DNA of 64,000 bases from Penicillus capitatus (Eukaryota; Plantae; Chlorophyta): contig OZ287711.1 in assembly GCA_965649825.1 (NCBI GenBank), positions 416,781 to 480,780 on the forward strand, read 5' to 3'. Position numbers and translations under genes: made by a program. Positions 1 to 12,727 of this stretch are shown one piece after another. The notes under the pieces were generated by a model, which saw nothing but the letters and a program-made list of their open reading frames with translations, searched no databases and was not told where the DNA came from. Every line of letters begins with the position of its first letter. The stretch's first letter is position 1.

Positions 1-1561
1 AACGATTCCAGAACCAGAATGGACTTGAACACAAAGCTTACGCAGATGACTGGGTCTCTTGTTGCATCAACTCATCAGACATATCTTAATGATGAAAATG
101 GCACAGGGTGAAGCCGGTCATTGCTGCATCCAAAACACTCAACTCGAAGCGTACAGACTCGATTTCGTTCCAGATTTTCCAATGCGAATCAAGCTGTGGA
201 TTCGCACTTGTTCACAATGGCAAGCGGTCGTACGACAAGAGCCTTCAACCCCGAGAGATGCCCTCACCTGACAACAATTCAATCAACGCGTTGGTTGATC
301 TCTTGGTCCGATGGCTAGCGAAAGTCAGTCACGCTCCATTCTGTGCACCAGTGACCATTATACACTTTGGCCATGCTTATACGTTTAGGCCAGTGCAAAT
401 GGAATGACGTCGGCCTTGGCGTCAAAGGTGCTTCTAGAAACCGCAGAGAAACAACGTCGTCCACTTTTTCGGATGCCGTTTCGAATAAAGCAAAAGATCC
501 AGCCGTCACTCGATTTCTGAATCCTGTATCGCCATCTGTACGATTCAGCACCTCGGAGTAAGAATGGTCAATAATGACTCCATAATCCACTGGATCTACG
601 GCGTACATACGAATGGATACGGCAAAAAGTCTTTGGTCAAGGACTTACTTTCCAGCAGTTCAGGCAAGTATAGCTATCCTCATATTTTTTCTATGTCTCA
701 CTATCTCCACTCTGTCATGCGTCTTGTGTGTCGTCAGATGTAAAGAAAAGAAGGTTCCTAGATTGGCTGCTCCCGGTGGGTTACTTCGCGTCGAAGAGTA
801 GACCGTCGGCAACACTGATGGGATGTTCTTGCGTGCAGGAATCGTCGGCACAGACTCCCGCTCGGTACAGGCAACAACCAGCACGATAATTCCGTCTCGG
901 CAGATACCATGGCAAAAAATGAAATAGAGTGACATTCAGCAGTTGCTCGTAGCAGCCTCGCAGCCTACTCAAGTCAAGCGGTTAGAGTATTGTCTACGTT
1001 ATCTACGTGTGTTTTGATATGTGTGATCTCTTAGAATTTCTGACCATCAACCACCACACCGAAGGAAAGGAGGAGGGTCTGGCGGGTACACCATTTGCAA
1101 TGCATGACGAGGATCGCATCACCCCAGGGCTATCTCAAGAATTAAATAGATCGCATTGCTTGCATGAACTGTTGCATCCCTACTGAGTGCTTTGCCTTAG
1201 CTCAAAGAATTTTCCATATAGACCACTCTTGTCGTGCACAGGGTGACGCATTCTGTAGTGTTAAAGCTCTACGTTGCGAGACAAAGGTGATGCGCAACAA
1301 TGAATATTAATGGAAGATGTATGCACAGACAGCATAGGGTGCGTGGTTCTTCGTTACCACAATCCACTCACTGATTGGCAGTCCATTCTCAAACAATGCA
1401 ATACTTCATGTCTCGGAAAGAAAACAATCCACTGCAGGAAGGGATTCCTATGCTCATTATGTTTACTGTGACGTGACGTATTCTGTTACAGCGATTGAGA
1501 AGAAGAACAGGTAGATGCGGAAGTCAGTGTATGAAATATTCAGTAACGAGGAAATTTGTGC

Positions 1562-2086
1562 CTAGTCTTTGCGTTGTGCTTCTTCGCGGGCCTCGCGTTC
1601 CCGGCGGCGTCCTTCATTCACCGATTTGGATTCTCGACAGATTTTTTCAAATTCATGCTTACTTTCTGTCTCGAGTCTGATTTCTTCTGCTTCGCGTCTG
1701 CGTTGTCTTTCTCCGAAGCAGCCGAGTTCAATGAGTCCACCTGACGGATTGTTCGACATGTTGATTGCATAGCATTCTCTGTACCAGATTATGAAAAGAA
1801 TAAGATAAAACAAGAGTAAAAGACCGTAACAGGTACAAACAAACCCGACAAGAATCCAAACGCCTACATCGGAAGGAGAACCACCAGTACCACCTCCAGC
1901 ATAATAAGCGCCGACACTACCACGAGCAGCGCCACCGCCACCGCCACCGTATCTGGACAAATCTCTGCCTGTTGAGTAGGCTGTGTATAAAGCAGTATCA
2001 CCACCCCTCGCCAAGGATCGAGTTCCATCGGCAGCTAGATCACGCCGTTTAGTCTTGTTCTCAATCAAAAGATAAAGGCACACCAA
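1562..2086 (-). CDS. Small putative single-pass membrane protein (Gly-rich segment, TM helix, charged coiled-coil tail)
   Basis: 174-aa ORF with GGGGGGAARGS/YYAGGGTGGS, a hydrophobic stretch VGVWILVGFVCTCYGLLLLFYLILFIIWY and an E/R-rich tail. No family recognised. Confidence 0.45.
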   Translation of the reverse strand: MVCLYLLIENKTKRRDLAADGTRSLARGGDTALYTAYSTGRDLSRYGGGGGGAARGSVGAYYAGGGTGGSPSDVGVWILVGFVCTCYGLLLLFYLILFIIWYRECYAINMSNNPSGGLIELGCFGERQRRREAEEIRLETESKHEFEKICRESKSVNEGRRREREAREEAQRKD

Positions 2087-2912
2087 TTGAATGCTTCACT
2101 AGGGAATTGGCTCCGCCTCGGAAGCCGTCTTTTCTTCCCAGCAGCATCAAACCTGTTGCCTAGCAACAATGAATGCGTTTAACGCACCACATGCATCGGA
2201 AAAAGCAGAAACACGGTTGATGAGCATCCAAGGCAGAAAAGAAAGTCAATCATCGCCTTGCGGAGTGGCTCCGATAAACATCTATCTCATTTATTACCTC
2301 ATCTGTTGTTGTGGACGTTACGGAATCGGCGCTGTCAAACGAAACGGTGAAAACGCCTCCGGCAATCAAAAGAATGCTGCAAAAAATCAGCAGCGAAATC
2401 TTTAAGGCTCTTTTCATCCCCTTGAGCTTTTTGGACGCGAAGTCGAGCTCCATGTCGTGTCGCGAGCGAACCGTAAACAAACGCAGTGACACTATAGAGG
2501 GCTTCGGGCAATCGATAAACGGCACTCCGTGTTTCCTGATCGATTATTTCTCTCCGAAACTCAATTCGTAAACCCATCCACCGATGTCAGGTATACTTGT
2601 ACACAGCGCGAGAACCTCACAGGTAAAAATATGTCTACGCGCCGCTCATTATCCTTCTCCCATTTATAGGTACGCTGTAGGTGTGACACGCGAGTTTTAC
2701 TAGGAAAGAGAGTGATTCGTCGCGTGACGTCATTCGTCTTCATGGATGGGCGTGTGAAAGAATGATCACAATAGACGCAAGACTCGACAGCGTACGTAGC
2801 CCACGGAAGTATGTCGATGTTATCTGATGTGACAGCTACGCCGGCATGGCAGCGCTTGGAGTCGCCCTGTGCGTTCGTTCAGCGCGGGTCATTTCGACAA
2901 CACCACGACGTC

Positions 2913-4524
2913 ATGTTTTCTGAGCTTCTGCTCGCAATTTTGGCAGTGCTGCTCAGTCGCACGTTGTGGAGGAGATGGCGATACGACCTACACAAGATTC
3001 CCTCGCCTCCCTCTTGGCCATGGCTGGGGAAAATGAAAGAAATCGCCGACTGCCACAACCAAAACGCTGACCAACACTCTCTGCGGGCACTTTGGCTGCA
3101 ACAAGCCGGCAATCCGCAAATCATGCGCGTTAGAATACGCCCTCCGTCGAACGGGGCCCAAATGGCTGATTCTAGGTGGAGTTTCCAGGCGAGACATTGA
3201 TTTACGTCCGAGACATCGAATGCATCAAAGGGACATTCTTGACGAAGACGAGCGGCATGCCTAGACCTCCATCCTTCGGCCTCTTGTTTGTTCCGGTAGG
3301 GTTCGCACACGGTGTTTGTTTATCCCCCACTCCTCTGCTGCTCAGATGTTGGGCGGTGATCCGAAAATCAAGTCTCTGTTGACGCTTCAACACATCACTC
3401 CCTACACAAAGGCCATTCGATCCGTATACGCTGCTGCTATGCAAACGAGTCGCCTCAAGAAGGCGATACCAAAGATAGATCTCGTCATGGACCGCCTGAT
3501 CGCTGTCATCGAAGAGAAGCGCAGCAGCGGTCCCGTCGATCTGCAAGACCTATGTGTCAGGTTGTCGCTGGATGTGATCGGGATCGTGGCATTGGATATC
3601 CATCTCGGCGGATTGGATGGCAGCACACGTCTTCACGAAGCGATACTGGATGCTGGCATCGTTGTCTCGCAAGTTTGTATGGATCTACCGAAGCAGATGT
3701 ACTACAAATTCTTTCCATTCTCCAAAGGAGCACAGATGCAGAGGAAGACGGTTAACCGCTTGCTAGATGAATGGAAGAAACTGGCGAAGGCTGTGAGAGA
3801 AAAGGAAGATCCCGTCGACGGGGAAGAACCCATGTGGTACACGCTGAGAAACACAATCGATCCCGACACGGGCGCTCCGCTAGGAGACAAGGAGTTGACA
3901 ACTGAGATCGCTACAGTTGTGATAGGAGGCATGTATACGACCGGCCATCAGTTGGCGTGGATACTCGCCTATCTGGCAGCAGACGACGAGATCGTTAACA
4001 GACTCTTGGAGGAGCTCCACGATTACGGATTGTTCGGTCCGCATGGACAGAACGTGGACATTGAGATTCTCGGGCAGTTGTCTTACCTGAACGCCATCGT
4101 CAAGGAAGGAATGCGGATCGCTCACATCACTTTTCTGCACGGATTTCGCATCACGAAAGAAGACACGGTGATTATGGGCTACCGCATCCCTAAGGGGACA
4201 GAACTCGGCGTTCCAGGCAACAGATGGGTCGGAGCAGACGAGGACTGGAGCGATCCCTGGGTGTTCAGACCGGAGAGATGGCTGACTGGCGAAGACCTAT
4301 CGAGAAAGCGCTACTTTCCTTTCTCCTATGGCCCAAGGGACTGCGCTGGACAGAAGCTGGCCATGCTCGAAATGCGAATGGCCATCATCCGACTGATCAA
4401 GCGATTTCGATTCCGTCTGAAGAAACCGCTCAGCGAACTGACGCAGAGGACAAGGTCAGGCTTTAGCACGGAAGCCGTCGATGGTATCTGGGTGGAGGTC
4501 TCTCCTCGATCGCCTTCCACCTGA
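2913..4524 (+). CDS. Cytochrome P450, 3 exons (2913-3128, 3176-3295, 3346-4524), about 504 aa
   Basis: N-terminal anchor plus IPSPPSWPWLG hinge, ExxR (EGMR), PERW and heme motif FSYGPRDCAG. GT-AG introns of 47 and 50 bp restore the frame. Confidence 0.95.
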
Positions 4525-5133
4525 ATATCCTACTAATCAATCCCTGTTCACACACATGATCCGTTCATTTAGGGGGAGACTTGTGTGTCCGCCCTCTTTT
4601 TTTGAGTTGTTTGTCAGCAACGCTAATTTGTTGTATGCGGGTTGGCATGTTTTGTCGACACATTGCTAAATGTGAACCACAAGCGCCTTGAAGACAGATG
4701 ATGCTGTTCTCATTCTTGAATGACTAGAGGTTGTATCACTGAACATGATCATATCAAGTGCTCTGTTTTGCATCGCTCGCGGACGTGTAAGAACGCACTT
4801 TGGGAAATTCCTGCTGATTCATCTCTTCATCTGAAACAGATGCAAAACAATTGTCCACATTATCTTTCTTCATTGCACATCGAGTGTTCTTTCGTATGAC
4901 ATACACGCAAATGCATAACGCGTCTCCCTAAATCTAGCGTGTCTCTGACAGTAACGTTTGCGTTCGGTATGGCGGAGTGTAATAGGCATCAGCTGTCGGA
5001 TTGAAAAGACGATCTCCAGCTTGACGCGACCCGTGGCGTTTTGATTGCGGTTCATCTTCATTCACGACGCGGAAAGGACAGTCGCCGGCGAACTGCAAAA
5101 ACTCGTGTTGCCTATTGTTTCTTCTCTGTCCGC

Positions 5134-5601
5134 ATGCACTCTCCTCCTTCACATCTCCCCCTCTCCGAAGAATGGCGCTTCGGACTGTGCGACTGCACAG
5201 GGGATTGCGAAACGTGTTGCTTGGGATGCTGGGTTCCCTGCCTTTTGCATGCCGAGAACGGACGAAGATTGACGGGTGATTCTGGGAATCGTTACCTTGT
5301 CGACTTCATCGCCTACACGATATTGTGTTCTCTCTGCTGGTCCTTCAGTCTTGCTCTATGCGGCTGCTTCGGATGCCAATGCTTCATGGGAATCGAAAGA
5401 AGAAGACAGATCCGCTTGAAGTATGGACTGCCCGAAAAGCCATGCAGCGATTTCTGCGTGCATTTCTGGTGCCATCTCTGCGCTCAGTGTCAAGAAGCAA
5501 GGGAAATTGTGGCAAGAGAGCCGATCACGGAGCCTGCAACGTCGATGAATCCGACGCGACAGCAGCATTCAACGTATCCTGTGTCCGGGGACGCACCCTG
5601 A
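5134..5601 (+). CDS. PLAC8-family (PCR/CNR/FW2.2-like) Cys-rich protein
   Basis: WRFGLCDC..DCETCCLGCWVPC, RRQIRLKYGLPEKPCSDFCVHFWCHLCAQCQEARE match the PLAC8 pattern. Confidence 0.9.
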   Translation: MHSPPSHLPLSEEWRFGLCDCTGDCETCCLGCWVPCLLHAENGRRLTGDSGNRYLVDFIAYTILCSLCWSFSLALCGCFGCQCFMGIERRRQIRLKYGLPEKPCSDFCVHFWCHLCAQCQEAREIVAREPITEPATSMNPTRQQHSTYPVSGDAP

Positions 5602-7323
5602 GGCAACGGAAGACGTGAAGGCCCTTTGACACAGTGCAGCAATCAGTGATGACGTTTTTGAACGCAGGCGATTTGATAACCCTTATCACACGCACATGAC
5701 GTTTTGGAAACATCCTTCTTAGAAATACGCTTACCCGTTCATTATTCAGACGAAACATGTTGAGTCATTTGACGCATCTGTGGCTTTCTCATCCAGATTT
5801 GTAATGCTTTAAATTACCCTGAGGTCACGATCATCTTCGGTAGAGCATGATGTGACGTCTCCATCCTGAGCTGCATCGACGCATTCGACGTCAATTTCGA
5901 CTTCGTGCATAAACCGCCGACCTCTTCTGATCTTTGTCGTTTCTGGCGAATGAATGTTTTTGGAAAACGCAGCCTTGAGACAGATGTCCAGGCCTGAGTC
6001 GATTTGCATCACGAACAACAGCATCGATGGTATTCAAGGAATGCAGGTTGCATGAAAATCAGAATACAGTGTGCTGCTGATTGACCGATGCCTTGCTTAA
6101 ATGTCAACGGTCGGTCACCTATGGCAGAACAAGTATGTGGGTATTTGCCAAATCGAATACTCTTCGGTCCAGACGCCTCGTCTGTACGCAGAGTATTGAA
6201 CTGATAATGCTATGTGAGATGATTGGCCATCTGTAGAACCCTGATCGATGTTCGGTGAAGTGAGAGATGGAATTATGGATGTGATAGGCATGAATCTTCT
6301 CTACCCTCTCTCTCAGCTAGTGAAGCGCAAGAGGCGAAGACTTGAAATCGAGAGAGTCCAGTTGAACGAAAGTGTCTCCACTATAGACGCCTTATGACAG
6401 AAGACAAGCAAATGTGAGGGCGGGGAGCGGAGCAGTGGACGGATGCCTTCTCATTGATACATCGAAGATGCAAGACAGACGCTCGTCCATAGATAGCTTT
6501 GATGACGGCAACAGGAGTAGATTCACTCGCACAGAGTCTTGAAGCCTTTTAGTAGCACAGATCAAGGGTTTCCGTCTAAAGGTCTCTGGGGAGACTATTT
6601 TGAGTTCTTGGTTCCTCTCTCGGCAACTGGCCTTTCGTCAAACAATGATTGTCCGCAACTGTCCAAACAGATTGATTTACCTTATTTATTGTACTGGGCC
6701 GAAGAGATGAAAATGTAACACCTCATAGATGTGTGGCAGTTATTAGTTAGTGATCTAGAAAAGAAGCTCTTCTTCGGCTCTCATACAATCGATAACGTAT
6801 CAAAGTGCTTGCTCTGAGAAAACATGTACTGACCATTGAGGCCGAGGTCGACCAAATTGAACTCATACCCGTTAATAAATCTCTTCTCACAACGCATCCC
6901 ATACTGTGTATTCCGGGATCCTTTAGCCCAATTTCTCTCAGTGTCGCGACATTTACGAAAGACATTTCTACCGAAGAAAATGCCAATCTCGACAGCATTC
7001 TATATACAGCTGAAATCCATCGTTACGTTCTGAAACGGAACGACGGAAGTTGGACAAAAGAATGACTGGTGGTCGCGAAGAGGCGTGTCACATCAAGAAT
7101 GAACATTTCACGAACGCCAGCCACACGACGTTCGCGTTGTTAAGCAACTACGGATAAGAGGAGACATTGTGAGACGTGCTGTGTATCACGTTTCCGTTCC
7201 GGATTCGTGGGGCAGACCTTTACTGTATCACTGATGACGTGCGTACGATTCACCGAACAACGAAATGCACACAGCTGTGTTCCTCGCCGTTCCGATACGT
7301 TCACGGATTCAGAGGACAGCGTT

Positions 7324-8026
7324 ATGAGCGAAGCTGACCCACTCGCAGCATCTGCGAAGATTCTGGAGTCAGTTCTCGAGTATGAACAGTTTCTGCTCAA
7401 AGTATTAGCTTGCGTTATGACTGACGGTCTTCGCGAGTGTCGTCTCGTCTGTCGCCAATGGCGCGACGTATGTGGGAAGCTGCCTGTTAGATTAACAACA
7501 AGACTCGGTTTTGAGCTATTCAACGTGAAAAACAGCGACGGCGTAATTTCCAAACGCTACGTCACTGTATGCCGAAGACTTCTTGGGGTTTTCCGGAAGA
7601 ACGGTGATAGATGTCGATCCAATCCCTCACCTGTCGAAACTCGCGAAACTGCACACTCTGCAGATATCACTCAGTGGAAAGCAAAGGGCCACAAAGGAAC
7701 TGCGTCCAGTTCTTTTATCACTCAACCGCCTTCCGTCTGTTTCGTTCCGTGTCGTCGGCAGAAGCACTCTTACCACTTGCCGTGGACGTTTTGAGATGCC
7801 TGACGTGATTCACCTCGTTGGATCTCTACACGAACATCAGATCATACCAACCCACATAGATCCGATCGCTGAACTCCGAGGTCTCGTCAGTTAGGCGGCG
7901 GAAATCTCAACTTGCTGATTATTCCCGCCATCAGCTTCTCTTTCTTTTTCTCACTCAACTCACAGAACCTACCGTCAACTGGATTCGCATTGGTTTTGCG
8001 GTGATGGAGAAAATGCGTCGTTCCAG
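7324..8026 (+). pseudogene. F-box-LRR pseudogene (frameshifted, stops, C-terminal exon lost or decayed)
   Basis: F-box motif LEYEQFLLKVLACVMTDGLRECRLVCRQWRDVCGKLPV. After a frameshift, PHLSKLAKLHTLQI..LRPVLLSLNRL..DPIAELRGL aligns with the paralog at 35607-36344. A CAG|GT at 8027 may be the family intron donor. Confidence 0.8.
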
Positions 8027-9873
8027 GTGATAGCAATGTCCGTATTCATCTCGCGTGCCAGTCACATCAAGCACTGCACTCGATAGGGCCGGCCGCCCTG
8101 CTCTGACACTCATCTGTATGCGTTTGTCTTTCACACGAAGCTGCTTACACGCACACTTCTAAGCGCACGACCAACCGAGAACTAGTGATGAAACGTCATG
8201 AGAGAAAGAAGAGTCTCCGTTTTCACATGGGTCACATGGCTCACTCAGTGAGCATGCTCTATGAATATTGATCAGAGAGCGCCGCCAGGGCAACCGAGGT
8301 CACGGAATCGCAAAAGAGGATAGCCGACAAAACGATATACCAGTGGAACGGGAGCCTACGGATTTAGCAATTAGATCCTCCTGATGTGGGACACTAGAAG
8401 ATCTGAGTTTTACAAATGTTTCAGTCGCAGCGCGCTTCTCTGAAATCGACAAACGCGGTCGTTTCCGGGGCGATAGATGAAAGAGACGGGCATTGTAAGA
8501 GGTGATTCCTTCAGTCGTGTGGAGGTTCTGTAGCTTCGACAGTAGACAGAACATGCCGTAAGACCAAAGCGACGAAGGCAAAACGCCGTCTGGAGGTGGC
8601 CGATCACCTCACGTGTTGGTAACGCTGCCCCACTGAACGGAAATGATTGTCATTCTGTGGTGCTTTAGAGAAAGTCACTTCTTTGAACGAACACTGTCCC
8701 AGTTTAACGTTTCTGGCGGTTTTGCGCTATTGGCCGATATGTGAGACCGAAATCCAGTTGCTGGGGAGATGCATGTCAAGGATTTACCAGATCTACTTCG
8801 TCGCGGCGATGTTCACTTACAAAAGTAATGGAGAAAGACAATGGGGTCACCTGAGAGCTGTATGAGAGGGTTACCTGTCTTCAATGGGTTTCCTTCCCTT
8901 TGCCATGCTTGTTTCAGCTCCTACCAATCCGTTTGGACGTTGTCAGTGGACAGCTGTCCACCTTCGTGCAGCTGTCCAAAGGATTATATAAATTCTTACA
9001 ATCATTGTACAAACAGTCTTTGTAAGCCATACGCCTTCGTCGTCAACCCGTTGTCCGTCAACAAACACGACAACGTGTATACAAAGAATATGGCATGTTC
9101 TCAGATAGCCATGTTTCTTGACCGAATACACAAAACAGCAAACTACCGTTTTTTCGAAGAAATCTTGCAAACAGATAGTGCGTTGCATCTTGTTGATCAT
9201 AGCTAAAGTCTGATATGACGAGAATGTAGCGCGAACTTTGACGCCCTTGCCATCGTTATTGATATGTCAGTCCTGTGCTCGTGGCAGTTGGTGACTGCAG
9301 ACCATAGATCGACTCTGCCAAAATGCACCAACGTTGCATACCCATTATGTTCCGCGGCGTCCACTGCCGGACGCGATGAACGATTGTCATGCCATGCACT
9401 GATAACAAGTCACATCACCGATGAGGCGGAGAACCGTGGCGGCGTATAGGATTTGTAGCCCCGCGATTTCCGCAGAGCTGTCGTTGACATTGAAGATATG
9501 ACTGTTTGTTATGTCGTTGTGTAACAGTCACCCTATACGAACTCGACGCATCTTAAGTAATATAAGACAGAGGGCAGGTCGACGAGGGGATTGTTCACAC
9601 CTGTTCGTTCTGAGACAGCTCCTGGTGTGCCTCTTAGCAGAGACAAAGCATTTTTGCAAACACGTATTACGCTGTCCGACGCACAAACACAAGAGCAACG
9701 GATACAGTCGATGACACAAAGAGTCGCGTCACGTTGGCCCTAATGAGCAGCGAACTGTGAGTGAAGATGAGAGGAGCAACGTGTCGACGGATATAAACGT
9801 AAAGCGATACCATTCGTTGTCCTTCGCTGCAGTTGAATTCTGTGAGCAAAGGAAAAAGCACGCGGCGTCTTCG

Positions 9874-11594
9874 ATGGGGGGCGTCTTTTCGAGGAGAAGG
9901 AGCTCAGAACTCCAACACAACAGGCGCACATCTCAAGCCGCCACTCCGTCGGATACGCCAAATACGCTTGGCGCGCTGCTCGAAAACGAAGACATACTGC
10001 ACAAGGTGCTGTCGTATGTCGCTGCAGACGACGGCCTGTACGAAGTTAGACGCGTCTGCTGCCGATGGTGCGAAGCGTGCGCGAAGCTGCCGGTCAAGAT
10101 TCGAGGTATTCGTCCAGACGAAGTGGAGACAGTGGCGGAGATGTTTCCCGAGGCCGTTTCCCTGGTGCCGGACTATCTGCTCGACTCGGCCGATGTCGTC
10201 GAGCGACATCTCATGCCGCATCTGCCGCGACTGACGAAGCTGCGCCATCTGAGCCTCGTGTTGCCAGAGGAGGAGATCGATATCGACTTCCTGCAAACGT
10301 CACTTCAGTCTCTGGATCGCCTCCAGTCCCTCACTCTCGAGATCGTCTACGAAAACGCCCTTCGCGACGCCCTCGGTACTCTAGAGCGTCTGACGCATCT
10401 GGTCAGGCTGGATCTCGCCGTCGTCCACGACGTCCAGATGTTCCTCGAGCCGGTGACCGAACTGCGAGGACTGCGAGAGCTGAAGTTGGATGCCCGGATG
10501 CTGGTCAACGTCTGGGGCCAGCTCCTCTTTCCCTCACTGACGCAGCTGACGCGACTGGAGGTGCGCCGCTCGTCCGGTCGCGACGACCTGGGTCAATGTC
10601 CGTTGGATCTGCAGGTCAGTATGTCTCCACACAGCAGGTTCTGTCTGATCTTGACACCACGTGTCTGTTCTAGTCCATCTCGCCTTACGCCCCGACGCTT
10701 CGATCGCTGGAGACGGATGTGCCGCTCAGATGCTCGCCGCCATCGGAGGAGACTCCCTGGAGCGCGTTCCGCCAGTTGGCCAGCCTCAGAATCCGCAGCA
10801 CCGCTCCGTGGAACGACATCCTCTTCGATGGGCTTCGACAGCTGAGTCGCCTGACGGAGCTGGAGGCGATCTCCCCAGATGGCGACAGCGATCACACTTT
10901 CGCAGGATGCATCACTGCTCTCACTGGACTCAGATCGTTCTCTCTCGCAGAAGGAGCGTCCTCTTCCGTCTCGGCAGAGGTCACACAATGCTTGACCGCG
11001 CTCTCTCGGCTGACACGACTCTGTCTCAGCGCCATCGCCTCGTCGACTGGATGTTCCTTGCGTCTGCCGACAACGCTTGTAGATCTCTCGCTCAGTTTCC
11101 ATCAGGAACCTCATCTGGGTACGTCTCAGGTCCTAATGTCCTTGCCGAATCTCTGCTCCCTGGAGATCAACAGCTCTGGCATCAAGCATCTTCTGCAGTC
11201 CGACGGAGTGACGCCGTCTTGCTTCTTTAAACGCCTCAATAAACTGAGGGCGTTCAAGACCCAGAATGTCGTTCTGTGCCCACACTGTCTGGAAGCGCTG
11301 GCCGCAATGTCCGACCTGACGGAGCTGCGATTCAGCGAACCCAAAACGCACGTCGACCTCGATCTCATCCGCGCTCTGCTGAGCTCCCCGAATCTGAAGG
11401 TCCTCCGCATCCCTTCCCCTCAGCTATTGATCGATCAGCTGATGCGAGGAGAACTGAAGGGATGCTTTCCTGGGCTCAGGGAGTTCTGCTTTCCCGGAAA
11501 CTGCATCCTGGATGCCGGCATGCAGTCCGCGCTGCTGAAGTCTTTTCCGTGTCTTCGCCTATCTCGACACCCGAAGCAGACGAGCACGTGCTGA
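9874..11594 (+). CDS. F-box + leucine-rich-repeat protein, 2 exons (9874-10614, 10674-11594), about 553 aa
   Basis: LLENEDILHKVLSYVAADDGLYEVRRVCCRWCEACAKLPV followed by LxxLxxLxxLxL repeats. 59-bp GT-AG intron; C-terminal FPCLR motif shared by the family. Confidence 0.9.
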
Positions 11595-12727
11595 CGCGCT
11601 CCCAACGAGCACCAGTCTGCGCGTGACTCCTGCAGACTTGTCGCAAAAGACGTCGCTGCATCACGATTCTCATCAGTTTTGTTTGACTCAAGAAAGACAC
11701 GACACAGGCAATTAATTCTTTAGAACGGACAGATTTCATTGCGGATGGCTCGTTCAAAAGGACGGTGTTCGCGACTGAGGACGGCAGCAGTTTTCACATC
11801 AGAGGATCTGCTGGCTGAAACTGTTGCATGTAACAGCAGTCAGGGCTCATCCAATAAATGACATTTATCTCGAAAAGTACCATTGGAAAGACTGCCGCGC
11901 CAAAACCTGGAGGAAGAGGGGACCACGATATCTCCGAACAGGCATGAAGAAGCATCCGAAGTCTAGCGCCATTCGTGTAGGTCAGCCAGGTTTTGCGAAC
12001 TCAAGCTTAGAGGGATTCGCGATGTGAAAGGAAAAGAGTTCACGAGCAGCAAACGACGAGAAAGACAATAAACGAAAGACACGAACTGCGGAGCGCATAA
12101 GACGCGGCATTAGACTGTTACCGTGCACGTGAATTCATACAATGAATCGCATTGATGTGACAGATGGATAGAGAGGGCCGCAAACGCATCGCGAGAACAC
12201 ACTGCGCGATCACTGGTTTATGAAAGCAGGGTTGCCGTTCTAGATCTCATCTGTCTTTCGCGACGTTCGTGAATGGAAACGCGGCAGCGCGGCACACGAT
12301 GGTGCTTAGCAACTCGACGTGTGGATCCGGCGAAGATGCAGTCGATCGAGGTCGCGGCAGGCGACTGCGCGTCGACGTGTGCGACGGCGCACGGTCGCCG
12401 GTTTAGACGAAGCGCGTCGCGACAAGTCGGACTGCCGGCGTGGTTCAAATGACGCGACGCACGGCCGAGATTCTTGGCGGCGGCGCGGTTTCTGGAGGAA
12501 CAGACCGGAACGCGTCGCCCACGCCATCTCCCCCGCACAATCGGTTTTGACACGCGTCTGTCTTCGACGAACAACGCGTCGATGACGACAGATCGTAAGA
12601 ATCCCCGCGCCCTTTGCGCGCTACAAACACTGCCCCACACACTGTCGAGAAACACACAGAGCGCCGCTGCCGAAAACGGCGAACAACGTCTGGATCAGGA
12701 CGCCAGAAAGAAGCGGAGGGATGCCGC

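Noticed and set aside
1-972. Possible multi-exon minus-strand gene (GTAAGT donor near 650; frame LYLPELLE|NPVDYGV..)
   Set aside because: I could not build a consistent start-to-stop model or recognise a family.
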